This document shows, piece by piece, positions 13,546-25,020 of a stretch of 64,000 nucleotides of DNA (its first letter is position 1; each line of letters opens with the position of its first letter). A model generated the notes under the pieces. That model made no database searches and had not been told where the DNA came from. It saw nothing but the letters and a program-made list of their open reading frames with translations. The position numbers and the translations under genes were made by a program. This DNA comes from Macrostomum lignano (lineage: Eukaryota). Location of the stretch: NCBI GenBank assembly GCA_002269645.1, contig NIVC01001503.1, positions 124,001 to 188,000 on the forward strand, read 5' to 3'.

Positions 13546-13843
13546 CATACATGTGCAACAGTCGGCCGAGTCGGCCAATCTGGCCAACCGATTTGGCAGC
13601 CAATCAAGGAAGTCACAAAAATGCCCACCTGAAAAATACCAAAGTAGTACTACTAAGTAGCTGATGAGGCATTTTTACCTAATAAGACAGTCATAGTTAC
13701 TTCTGCTGTTTACCCAAAGTTGCATTAATTTTGCTTTATGGTTTTTATTACATGTAAGTCACATTTTTGGCCAAAAACTACGTCGCATTTTTGTTAAAAC
13801 TAAGTCGCATGGCCAACCGAATTTTGGAGGTTACGCATGTATG
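13546..13843. mobile_element. MITE, 298 bp, TIR CATACATG(T/C)G.AAC, 8-bp TSD ACCCTAGA
   Basis: TSD at 13538-13545 and 13844-13851; ends CATACATGTGCAAC ... GTTACGCATGTATG. Confidence 0.8.
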
Positions 13844-14647
13844 ACCCTAGAGCATTGACATTTTAGTAATTCTCTCCAAGAGTCATTATAGCACTATTAC
13901 AGCATTATAGCGACTCCCTGCAAGCCTCAACATTGTAGGGATTCCCAAATGAATCTCTTAACTTCAATATGAAGCTTATTTTATTTTTTACATTACACTT
14001 CTTCTATCAGCAATCCCTCCCCTGAGGAGGCAACAAATAATGTAATAAAAAGTTTTGAATAAACTACATGTAGCTTCTGACTTTAGCCTTGACATCTTAG
14101 CTATTCCTCCCATAAGCCTTGACATGTCAACAATGCCCCCATAAACCTTGAAATCTGAAAAATCCCCTGTTAACCTTGAAACCCATTAAAATCTAACCTT
14201 CAACCTAAAACCTGACCTAAATCTAACTTTAACCCAACCTAAAGCCTTGAAATCTCAGCAATTCTTCTCCCGTAAGCCTTGACATTTTAGTGATTCCTTC
14301 TTTAAAAATCACAGCACTATAACAATTCTCTCCAAGCCTTGATGTCATAGCAATTCCCAAATGAATATTTTAACTTCGACATGACTCTTCTTTTATGTAT
14401 ACATAATGCTTCTTTTCTTTTTTACATGACTTCTTCTATCAGCCCCCCCCCCTGTGGCGAGCCAACAAAGAATGTAATCAAAATTGAGTAAACTATATGT
14501 ACTTGGAAGTAGCATCTGACTTTTGCTTTGACATCTCAGAAACCCACCCCCCCATAGTCTCAGTTATTCTCCATGACCCTTGACATCTCAGTAATTCTCC
14601 CCAACACAGCACTATAGCTTCATTTAATTTTTACATTACACTTCTTT

Positions 14648-15170
14648 CATGTCTGACATGATGTTTCTATGATTGTTTATATGACGCTTCTATGATTGTT
14701 TGCATGATGCTTCTATGATTGTTTACATGATGCTTCTATGATTTTTACATGACGCTTCTATGATTGTTTACATGATGCTTCTATGATTGTTTATATGACA
14801 CTTCTATGATTTTTACATGACGCTTCTATGATTGTTTGCATGTCTATGATTTTTACATGACGCTTCTATGATTTTTACATGATGCTTCTATGATTGTTTA
14901 CATGATGCTTCTATGATTTTTACATGACGCTTCTATGATTGTTTACATGATGCTTCTATGATTGTTTATATGACACTTCTATGATTTTTACATGACGCTT
15001 CTATGATTGTTTGCATGTCTGTGATTTTTACATGATGCTTCTATGATTATTTACACAATGCTTCTATGATTGTTTAGATGATGCTTCTATGATTGTTTAG
15101 ATGATGCTTCTATGATTGTTTATATGATGCTTCTATGATTGTTTATATGACATTTCTATGATTTTTTACA
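14648..15170. repeat. About 23-bp minisatellite ATGATGCTTCTATGATTGTTTAC
   Basis: Read directly. Confidence 0.95.
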
Positions 15171-15204
15171 TGAGACCTTTAGTCCTTTATTAGTCTTAAT
15201 AAAA

Positions 15205-15778
15205 GCTTTCAATAAAAAATTTTCACTACTAAGATTTAAAACCCAGGTCGCTGCATTAGCAGTCCAGTCTGTTCACATCTAGGCTAGCTCTTATCCAATT
15301 TATAAATAAAATTGTAGCACTTAATTCAACACTCACTCATGAAGCAGTTATGACAATCAATTTCTCAGGCAAGTCAGTATCAGCCTCAATTAAAGTTGAA
15401 AATATGGTTATGAAATATAAATCAAGTCTAGTGCTATATGCTTCCACACTATGTTTTCAACACTGTGATGCAATTGAACTCAGTGTCAAAATTCAGCCAG
15501 TATACAGACGATAAATAAAAAGCTTATGTGATGTAATCTCTTTCAGAATCAGAATTCAACCAGTCAGTTTCTTCTCTAGCATTCTTACAATGCATTTCAA
15601 GTCAAAAAGTTTGCTTGACCTTACAAAAAGCATGTTTTTTGAATATTTAATCCTTTTAGCATTGAGCAATTTTTTAGCCAAGACACATGTACCATCACAG
15701 GAAAATTTCTGATCGAACAATGTAAGTCTCATAAAAAAAATCACAAGCAAGCAAGATTTTCATTTTTAGTATAGAGGA
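15205..15778 (-). mobile_element. Helitron-like non-autonomous repeat, copy 1
   Basis: About 570-bp block homologous to 18135-18714; minus-strand start TCCTCTATACTAAAAATG resembles Helitron 5' ends; 3' end not identified. Confidence 0.45.
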
Positions 15779-15889
15779 CTAGCAATCTTTGCCCCCCGAT
15801 GGGGGACATCTAGATAAATCTTTGTTCTTTACAAGTAACAAATAGACAACGAAAAAACAACAAATATTTCCTCTAAAAAGAAAATATCC

Positions 15890-16750
15890 CAAGATAGCAA
15901 GCATCCCCAGACAGCATGCAAGCATCCCCAGACAGCATGCAAGCATCCCAAGACAGCATGCAAGTATCTCCCAGATAGCAAGCATCCCCCATGTTGGGCC
16001 TGGTGCGTAGGGTTGGGGTGCTCTTTTACTCTGTGTATTGTTTGTGTTCTTAACTCTTTGTGTGTACTCATGGTCCGTGGCTCACGCTCTTTGCACGTCT
16101 CTGCTCTATTGTGATTTTAATGTACATTGTTGGTGTTATAGCCCTGGGGTAGGGTGGCTACTATTGAACCTTGCTTGTAATAAATTGTATCGTTCGTTGT
16201 TGGTGCTCTTGGCACTTTTGTCTTGTCTTGCATACTCTCAGCTCATGACTTGTTCATTTCAACACCCCAGACAGCAAGCATCCCCTAGATAGCAAGCATC
16301 CCCGAATAGCAAGCATCCACCAGACAGCAAGAATCCTTCCAGATAGCAAGAATCCCTCCAGATAGCAAGCATCTCTATATACAAAGAATACTTATAGATA
16401 GCTATTGCAAGTTGCAACCCCCTCTCAAATAGAAAGTACCCTCCACCCCGAGAGCAAGCATCCTCCAATATTAAGTTACATGCTTGGGCACAACCTAGGG
16501 ATTCACCTGGCCTTTTCTATTGGCAACACACACGTAAGTTGCTATTGGACAGAATAGTAATCACGTGACTGCTCTCAGCCAATAGCGACTTACATGTGTG
16601 TGTTGCCAATAGAAATGGCCGAGTGATTTCCAAGGTTGCGCATGTATGTTAAGTTACCCCAGATAGCAAGCATCCTCCAATATTAAGTTAACCCAGATAG
16701 CAAGCATCCCCCTGATAGCAATAATCTATCCTTAAATAGCAAGCATCTAC
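15890..16750. repeat. Interrupted AGATAGCAAGCATCC(CC) repeat region
   Basis: Clusters at about 15896-15990, 16262-16380 and 16660-16750. Confidence 0.8.
16479..16648. mobile_element. Hairpin MITE, 170 bp, related to the 13546 element, 8-bp TSD TTAAGTTA
   Basis: TSD at 16471-16478 and 16649-16656; right end GGTTGCGCATGTATG; near-perfect palindrome centred on CACGTG (about 16562-16567). Confidence 0.8.
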
Positions 16751-16799
16751 CAAGACAACAAGTAGCTAGTGCAATAATATCCTTAGCTTTACAGTGGCT

Positions 16800-17035
16800 C
16801 CTTTATGTTTGGCATGAAGCTTCTTTTTACAGTTGAAATGGTGGCTCTTTAATGTTTGACATGGTGGCTCTTTAATGTCTGACATGGAGTCATATATATG
16901 TTTGACATGGAGTCATGTATATGTCTGACATGGTAGCTCTTTAATGTTTGACATAGAGCCACATATATGTTTGACATGAAGTCACGTATGTGTTTGACAT
17001 GCAGTCATGTATATGTTTGGCATGGAGTCACATAT
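16800..17035. repeat. About 22-bp degenerate minisatellite TTTGACATGGAGTCATATATG
   Basis: Read directly. Confidence 0.85.
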
Positions 17036-18134
17036 ATTGTGGCAGGTGGCTGCCCCTGTTTCTTTAATATTTATTTTTGCAGTTTTAAAACTTTCAAAAT
17101 TCAAAATTGATGTTTCACATTAAGTGCACATTTCCCAAGCCGGGACAGTTTTTTTCGAAAAGTTATCACGCACCCCATCCCGCTATGGGATTTCTTTAAT
17201 TCCCATCCAGTGTAAGTGTTTCCCTCCATATGCCCCCTTTTGTATCACGCTTAATTGTATGTTTTGTTACTCTGCCGCCGCTGGACCAAACGCGTATGTG
17301 TAATTTTCTTTATTCTGGTCCAGCCGCAGATTTTGCTCATTTTTTTGCTTATATACGAGTATGTGTGAGTTTATGTTTTTTTAACCTTTCTCGGCTCCGC
17401 TTACGTCCGTTTTGTTTTTTTCTTTGCCTATCTTAGTTGTATAAGTTTTGGTCAATTTATTAGTTAATTAGTCGTCGCACCACGGCACGCCGAGTCCATC
17501 TCCGTCAATAATTAAATAATCTATCAGTTATCCTGCTCAAACCAATAAATAAAATTAATATTCTGCCAATTTATTAATATTCATTCGTTGACATTAATAG
17601 CCATTTTGCCCATTCGTTGACATTAATAGCCTATCTTGAGTCTTTTGCCCGTGGGGCGTTAAATAACCAAGTTTTCTCAGCTCAAAGAAAGCTCAGAGAC
17701 TGATTCGTTTCCGTAATACGTAAATTACGGTGGTGGCAGCTCTACCCTACTGAAAGTAACAAGCTCAGCAAATCGACACATTAATTTACGGTGTCTGTTT
17801 CTCCGGTGTTTCATTGCTTTGAACGACCACGCCGCTACACGACCGCTCCGCTACGACTGCAACTACCCTCCCCCCGGACTTGAGGACCCGGCTGTCGGAG
17901 TACAACAGGAGAAGAAATTTTGTTGTGATTCGTCTGCGCGTTTTTCCGGTTTTATTCGTGCGAACTCAACGCTGGTGGCAATTCAAACGAGGAATCCGCC
18001 CCACCTCACTGGTGTCTGCAAATTCAAAACAAACGTGCAAGAAAAGATCCTTCTCCACCCCCACCTCAATATGTTTTACATGGTGGCTCTTTTATGTTTG
18101 ACATGGTATCGCTTCAATGTTTTTAGGGCATTTT

Positions 18135-18714
18135 AATAAAAAATTATTTTGCACTACTAAGATTTGAACCTAGGTCACTACATTAGCAGTCCAGTCTGTT
18201 CACATCTAGGCTATCTCTTTTCAATTCGAAAACATGAATTGTGGCCCTTATAATTCAATACTTACAGTAAGTTGGTTAGAGTAAAATGTTATGATATAAT
18301 AAATTTCTCAGTCAGCCAGTATCAGTCTCAATTCAAGTTAACAATATTAGTTACGCAATTTAAATCAAGTCGTGTGTACATTTCTTTGGCACTGTTTTCA
18401 ACTACATCTTCTGAAGATTGCATCTTCTGATAAAGATGCAATCTTTATCAGAATCAGAATTCAATGAGTCAGTTTTTTTCTAGCATTCTTACAATGCATT
18501 TCAGGTCAAAAGAACTGCTTGACCTTTGCAAAAAAGCATGTTTTTTTATATTTAATCCCTTTAACATTGAGCAATTTCTTAGCCAAGATGCATGTACCAT
18601 CCCAGGAAAATTTCTGATTGAATGGTGAAAGTTTGAAAAAATTGGTTGGGCCATTTTTTCTCTAATCAATCGTATACCTATATACATACAGAAACTCATT
18701 TTTAGTATATAGGA
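18135..18714 (-). mobile_element. Helitron-like non-autonomous repeat, copy 2
   Basis: Homologous to 15205-15778; minus-strand start A|TCCTATATACTAAAAATGAG followed by TGTATGTAT. Confidence 0.5.
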
Positions 18715-19037
18715 TTTTTTACCAAATATATTTCTTCTAAAGCAAAAAGCTTGCTAACCATCAGTGTGTCAACCATTGCCTATATTTTGTAGACCCAAAT
18801 TACCCAACCCTAAATACAAACACCATTGAGAATATATGGGCTCATTGCCATAGTGCGGAAGGATTTCTGTATACGACGGAAGGTAAATTTTCATTTCGGC
18901 CTGTTGTACGACAGTACAACAGGGATTGGAAAATGGTACTAGTGTTGTACGACAGAGTTAGAGTTTAAGGAAGTGCTGTATGACAAAAATTCTTGATATT
19001 GCGTTTTTTCAATATGCAAAGTAAAACAACAGATATA

Positions 19038-20694
19038 CAGTCATGCACAAAAGTAAGTACACCCCAAGCAAAAATAGAGAAAAACGGTTATAATTTCTGA
19101 ACCGTCAGCTCTATTACGACAAAACTGCATCACAATGATCCTTATTGACTGGCGCTTATTTTGACACATCAAGCTTTGAAAAACTCTTTGTGGCTAATGA
19201 GCTGTGGCCAAAAATGCTCAAACACACCTGTGCAAAAGTAAGTACACCCTGCCCTTCACTACCAGTATAACCTCCTCTGTGCAAATGCGAGCCACCACAA
19301 GTACATTGCCAGCTGCCTCACTGCCTGTTACATCACCAGCGACTTTAGTCCTGCTTGCCCTTGCCCTCAATCGGCTCAGCTACTGGTTTTCATGCTACTA
19401 TAAAGCTCATGTGCACTGCAGCCGCTTCGTCATTGACTTGATACACGCCAGGACAATGCCAAGAGGCCAGGAGCTGTCAGTTCAGTTAAGAAATCGCATT
19501 GTAGCAGCTCACAATAGTGGCGATGGCTACAAGCGGATATCTGCTGCCTTCAATGTGCATGTATCAACAGTTAGGCACATCATCGCAAAGTACAAACAGC
19601 ATGGCACCACAGCATCTCTGCCTCGCAGTGGCCGGCTGAGCAAAATTTCAGCTCGCGCGCTGCGCAAACTCACGCAAGAGGTCAGCCAAAACCCGAATGC
19701 AACATCAGGTGAGCTGCAGCAGATGCTGAATGCAGCTGGCTTATTGCCGCACAGGACTACTGTTCGCCGAGCCCTAAACCGCGTGGGCCTCCGCAGCTGC
19801 ATTCCAAGAAAAAAGCCTCTGCTGCAGCAGCGACATCGCCATGCCAGGCTGCAGTTCGCTAATGCAATGCTGAGCAAGCCGGACAGCTACTGGCAGTCAG
19901 TGCTTTGGACTGATGAAACCAAGATTGAGCTGTTCGGCAGGAATGAGAAACAGTGCGTGTGGCACAAGCCGAACACCTCATTTGAGCAGAAACACCTGAA
20001 GCCGACAGTCAAGCACGGAGGCGGCAGCATCATGCTGTGGGTCTGCTTTGCAGCTGCTGGCACCGGCAGGCTGATGCACATCACCGAGAAGATGAATTCG
20101 GCCGTGTATCAGCAGATCCTTGACGAAAACCTGCAGTCATCAGTGCATGACCTCGGTCTTGGACGAGCTTGGACACTGCAGCAGGACAATGACCCCAAGC
20201 ACACGAGCGCTGCAACTCGGCGATGGCTGCAGCAGAGGCGCATCAAGGTCATGGAGTGGCCAAGCCAGAGCCCTGACCTGAATCCGATCGAGATGCTGTG
20301 GACGGATCTCAAGAAGATGGTTCACGCAAGGAAGCCGAAGAATCTGTGGGAATTGGCCGAATTCTGCATCGAGGAGTGGCAGAAAGTGCCTGCTGAGAGG
20401 TGCGCTGCGCTGGTGAATGGCTACCGCAAGCGGCTCTTGGCTGTGGTGGCTGCACGAGGCGGAGCTACAAAGTATTAAGACAGGGTGTACTTACTTTTGC
20501 ACAGGTGTGTTTGAGCATTTTTGGCCACAGCTCCTTAGCCACAAAGAGTTTTTCAAAGCTTGATGTGTCAAAATAAGCGCCAGTCAATAAGGATCATTGT
20601 GATGCAGTTTTGTCGTAATAGAGCTGACGGTTCAGAAATTATAACCGTTTTTCTCAATTTTTGCTTGGGGTGTACTTACTTTTGTGCATGACTG
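19038..20694 (+). mobile_element. Full-length Tc1 transposon, IR/DR (Sleeping Beauty-like) type, 1657 bp
   Basis: 214-bp TIRs (19038-19251, 20481-20694) with 2 mismatches; each TIR carries two copies of AAAAGTAAGTACACCC; TA TSD at 19036-37 and 20695-96. Confidence 0.97.
19456..20478 (+). CDS. Tc1 transposase, 340 aa, DD34E
   Basis: ATG 19456 (MPRGQELS...); WTDETK, QQDNDPKH, SPDLNPIE with 34 residues between the second D and E; no stops or frameshifts. Confidence 0.96.
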   Translation: MPRGQELSVQLRNRIVAAHNSGDGYKRISAAFNVHVSTVRHIIAKYKQHGTTASLPRSGRLSKISARALRKLTQEVSQNPNATSGELQQMLNAAGLLPHRTTVRRALNRVGLRSCIPRKKPLLQQRHRHARLQFANAMLSKPDSYWQSVLWTDETKIELFGRNEKQCVWHKPNTSFEQKHLKPTVKHGGGSIMLWVCFAAAGTGRLMHITEKMNSAVYQQILDENLQSSVHDLGLGRAWTLQQDNDPKHTSAATRRWLQQRRIKVMEWPSQSPDLNPIEMLWTDLKKMVHARKPKNLWELAEFCIEEWQKVPAERCAALVNGYRKRLLAVVAARGGATKY

Positions 20695-21225
20695 TATTGT
20701 ACTTTTCTGCTTGCAATGTCAAGTATAGTTTTGCGCCAATAAAATTGAATTAAGAGTTTGTACGAATATAATACTGATAATTTAAATTACTCTTTGAGTG
20801 GAAAAGTGCAATTATTGAATTTTTACTTCTTTGCTTCAACGCAATACATTAACAACGACGTTATGAGTTAGTTACGAGACTACGAGTATCTGGTACTGGT
20901 GTCTGATTGTCCATCAAAGGAATACTATGTCTATACTTCACGTATGAGTCGTATGACATTGATAAGTGTACAACAGACAGACATGTAACAAGTTTACATG
21001 TACGACAGTGTATGACATAGCGCCCCCCAAAAATTAGCGATGTACGACATGTACGACAGGCAATCCCTGTGTACGACGGAGATTTCTGGCGTAGGCCTAT
21101 ACCTGTCCTTCTGCACTATGGGCTCATTGCAAGGCCAAGTTCTGGCAACTTTAAGGGACTTCAAGTGAGCTCTTCAAGTCCTATGGCTATATTCATATGG
21201 CAGAGTGCGCATGGAGATCTAGAAG

Positions 21226-21919
21226 CCATACTCAGGAAGGTGGCCTGCACGCGGGAATTTTCCCGCGTGCACAAGCCACGCTAAAATTTTGGCGTGCAAA
21301 GTTGGCGTGCAAATAGGGGTCTCAAGCCACGCCTAAATTTTCAGCGTACAAGTTTTTTATTTGGCGTATAACCTTGGCGTGCAATTACAAACTGACAGTA
21401 TATCAACAAGTCAGATATAGATGTATACACATAATATATATACAATATATAAAGTTAAACGTGAACAATTGAATTTGAATATTGATTAAACCAACTAGTT
21501 GAGGCTACAGCCAGGCCTACACTCTACAGCCTACATTAAAATTAAAATATCCAATAACTTTTAAACGCTTTTATTTTGTGACTCTTGTAGACTTTTAGTT
21601 TATTTGTTTCTTGAAATTTGAAGAAAAAGTTTTTGATACTCACTATGTTCTTTGTAGTGAATTTCCTTTTTTTATATAAACTTTGTTTAACATAAGTAGA
21701 AAATTTATTTAAAAATAGTATCTAATACGGTTAATATTCAAATCACACGTACATGAGGTGTACATGATTTTTGGTATTCAAGATTTTTGGCATGCAATAG
21801 AAACATCATGTTTCAAAACAAAAACGTCAGGGTTTTAAAAATTTGGCGTACATTGGCGTGCACCAAGGATTTTTCCATAAATTGATTCCCGTGTGCACTT
21901 GCCACCTTCCTGACTATGG
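21226..21919. mobile_element. MITE, 694 bp, TIR CCATA(C/G)TCAGGAAGGTGGC, 8-bp TSD TCTAGAAG
   Basis: TSD at 21218-21225 and 21920-21927; subterminal TTGGCGTGCA repeats at both ends. Confidence 0.85.
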
Positions 21920-24307
21920 TCTAGAAGTAGTATTTGCCAAATGCAACATCCTGTATTAGATCTGTCATTAATATTAATAATGATTGATCCGTAGCTCTAT
22001 ATATACTAATTCGCTATGAACTATTTTTTGGTTTATAGTTATGTTTATTGTTATAAACAAACCAATAAATATTTTACATGTTATAACAGTTCCTTGTACT
22101 CCTAGGACAAAAGTAAGAAAATAAAATGTTAGGATATAAAATAAATTATTAGGCCTACTTTAGCCAAGTTCAAAAGAAAAATAATTTTGCAAATGAAACT
22201 GACTAGTGCCATAAATTATTATACTGTAATTATAACTACTGCTGTAATAATAAAAAATAAAAGCATTATCTAGATTATACTTATAGCTATCAAAAAAATA
22301 TTTTTAATTAATTTATCATTTCTGACACATTTAAATTTTAAATTTACCTTATTACACAAGCGTTTATTTACAAATCAAACTAGGCCTAGGCCGCCTAGCA
22401 TATTCTATTTGATACATATTTGAATCTGCATTCATATGCTGTGCAGTGGCCGTGCAGGTAGCTTAGTGTAGCTAACTGCTAACATCCTCATAAATGCTAT
22501 TGGAAATTGTCTGGCGGATTATAACATGCAATTGCTGAATGATTAGCCTATGATAAGCTGAATTCATCACTAGCAGATTCGCCATACGTCAGATACTACG
22601 GTCACGGACGATTATTTGTTTGACAAATTGAAAATTGAAAATTGTACATTGTACAATAATTTACGATAAGCTAATACAAACCCAAAATGAAATAACCTAA
22701 ATTCACCATTACTCAGTAAATTACCCAGATAGACCTAATATCACGTTTGAATAGAATTATCGATCAGGTGGTGCGAATTGTCATTGTGAATATGTATGAA
22801 TATACCCTCGGCCACAGTTTTAGCTCGAACGATGTCGTCGATGATTATATTTTTTCTAAGAAAACGACGACTTATTCAGAAATCAAAAACGTTTCGTTAC
22901 TTACGCTTTTCTAAGAGTTGTGTAACGTGCGACTTTTTAATTAATTTACCGTTGCTAGATTGCAGTGGCAACAGTATTGTCGTTGCCAGACACATGGGTC
23001 CTGGTCCACGTCATCAGACAACACTCCTATTTAACTGTCACAATTTGAACGCCGAGCATGACTGACCGGCGACCAGAACTCGGGCCGACCAAACCTAAAT
23101 CGTTGGCTACTTGACTTCAATGGTATAGCTGGTTGTCCCTCATATCAGCTGATTGGCTCAGAACTTCAAACGCAAAATTGACTTGACTTTGGTATTTTAC
23201 TCTCATCCTACTTTTGAAGGTTTAGATATTTATTGTATGAAAAAGTAGCTTTACATGTATATCATCATGATCCTTAACAAGATAAATTAGGTGGCTTTCT
23301 TCTATTTTAATCTTAAGCTAACGAATTGGGCTGACTGACCGGGGCTAATATATTTAAAATTATTCGAAAGCGAGATAGTATACGTTAATAAATGTGCTTT
23401 TGCAAGCTATATACAGAAAGGGCTTAGACAAAAATTAAAGCATATGATACAATAAAAAATACAGTTTTTATAACAAAAATTAGAACTACAAAAGCCGCGT
23501 GTGGGACAATGCGAGTGTCAAACATAATACAAGCAGTGATAATTCTGATAAATATTGGTCAGTGCCTAGCTCAACGGAACAATAATTTAAGAACTGATTG
23601 AATAACATTTCAACAAGAACTTAAGGAAATTTGAACGCAAAACAAGAATGTGATTTTTACCTTTCACAATAAAAAATGTACGCAACTGTTAACGCAATAG
23701 GTTGCTTGCAAACATTCCAAACAATTCAAACAAATTTTGAAACAGCAAAGCGGTTAAAATCACGACACGATTTGATAAGTTTAACAACTCGATGGGAAAT
23801 ACAAACAATGCATTAAATAATATCTACCCGCTAAGCATTTAGTAGCTGAATTCCGCTGCTTACTGCACAGTGCACATATCTTTGCGTACAAAACACCGCC
23901 CGAGCCATTGCCATGGATCGAGTTGAAATGCATGCAATAAATTTTTTTCTAGCCCTAAGAAACATGAATTTGTTCTTTTTCAGTTATATCAACTCTCGAC
24001 ATAATTAAGACTCAGTTATGTCTTTGTATAGCCAGTGAATAAGGATTGTTCCAAATGCCTTGATGAAGATATCAATATTACAATTGTTTAAAGATATCTA
24101 TGACAGGTATATCATACCTATTATGTATTCGATTAAGCCAGGTTCATTTGACAGTTGTCTGTTAAGATGAATATTTGAAATTAATATTCCTTATTTGACT
24201 CATTTCTCTTGGTTTCCCGAACAAACGCACAACAGTTGATATATATATATATTATATAAATTTTTTAAAATGAAATTGTCCCGCATCATTCAAAAAAATA
24301 ATAAGAC

Positions 24308-25020
24308 TCATTCATCGTCGCCATCATCGTCGTCATCGGCGGCGTCGTGATTGGCGGCGGCGCTGTCGTCTGGCCTGGGGCGCTTTGTTGGGACGAAGGT
24401 GCCTTGCCTGTACTGGTTCATCTCCTGCGAGCGAGGACAAAGCAAAGGCGGGTTGATGTATTTAGATCTGCGATTAAAAATCAGTTTAATACTGATGTAC
24501 AGTACTTTAAGTAGTTGTTAAGCATCAGATCTATTAAAAATATGACTTACGTCTTCATAGCGCTGCTTATCGCGAACAGCGGCCGCTCGTATTTTGGACG
24601 GTCAGTGCATGCTTCCCACATGCGGCCGAGCTCCTTGGCAACTTCGCTGACGCGCCAGTCTGGATGCTCGTCCCGGATTTTCTGACGGTGCTCGTCGGAG
24701 AACAGAAAGAATGCCGTGAGGGCGCGCTTCGGCATGTTGGGATCTTTCGGCTTCTTGCGCTTTTTACCCTTGCTGCCATCAGCGGGGACGTAATCGTCCA
24801 TCTCGCGGTTGTACCGCTCTTTGTCCCGCGAGGCCATGTCTTCGAATCGCTTCTTCTCCTTAGGATTCATTGTCTTCCACTTCTCGGCGCACTTTTTGGA
24901 GAACTCGGCAAACACAACTGACTCCTCAGGGTGCTTCTTCTTGTGCTCCTCGCGAATCACTTGAACAAAGCACGCGTACGCGCTCATCGGGCCCTTGGGC
25001 CTCATCTTGTCCTTCACCAT
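24308..25020 (-). CDS. HMGB: HMGB protein (two HMG boxes plus acidic tail); coding exons 25020-24551 and 24424-24308; 1-nt frameshift near 24583-24590
   Basis: Box [25 protein letters not shown], box [17 protein letters not shown]; intron 24550-24425 GTAAGT...CAG; second exon EMNQYRQG...DDDDDGDDE*; exon 1 is 470 nt, one short of phase 0. Confidence 0.9.

Larger units (their letters stand above)
18848..21121. mobile_element. Non-autonomous TIR element (CCATAGTGC(G/A)GAAGG), 8-bp TSD GCTCATTG, interrupted by a Tc1 insertion
   Basis: TSD at 18840-18847 and 21122-21129; 15-bp TIR with 1 mismatch; subterminal GTACGAC motifs at both ends. Confidence 0.85.

Noticed and set aside
19204-19455. N-terminal extension of the Tc1 ORF in the track (424 aa)
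   Set aside because: Starts at a GTG inside the left TIR; ATG 19456 gives the canonical 340-aa length.
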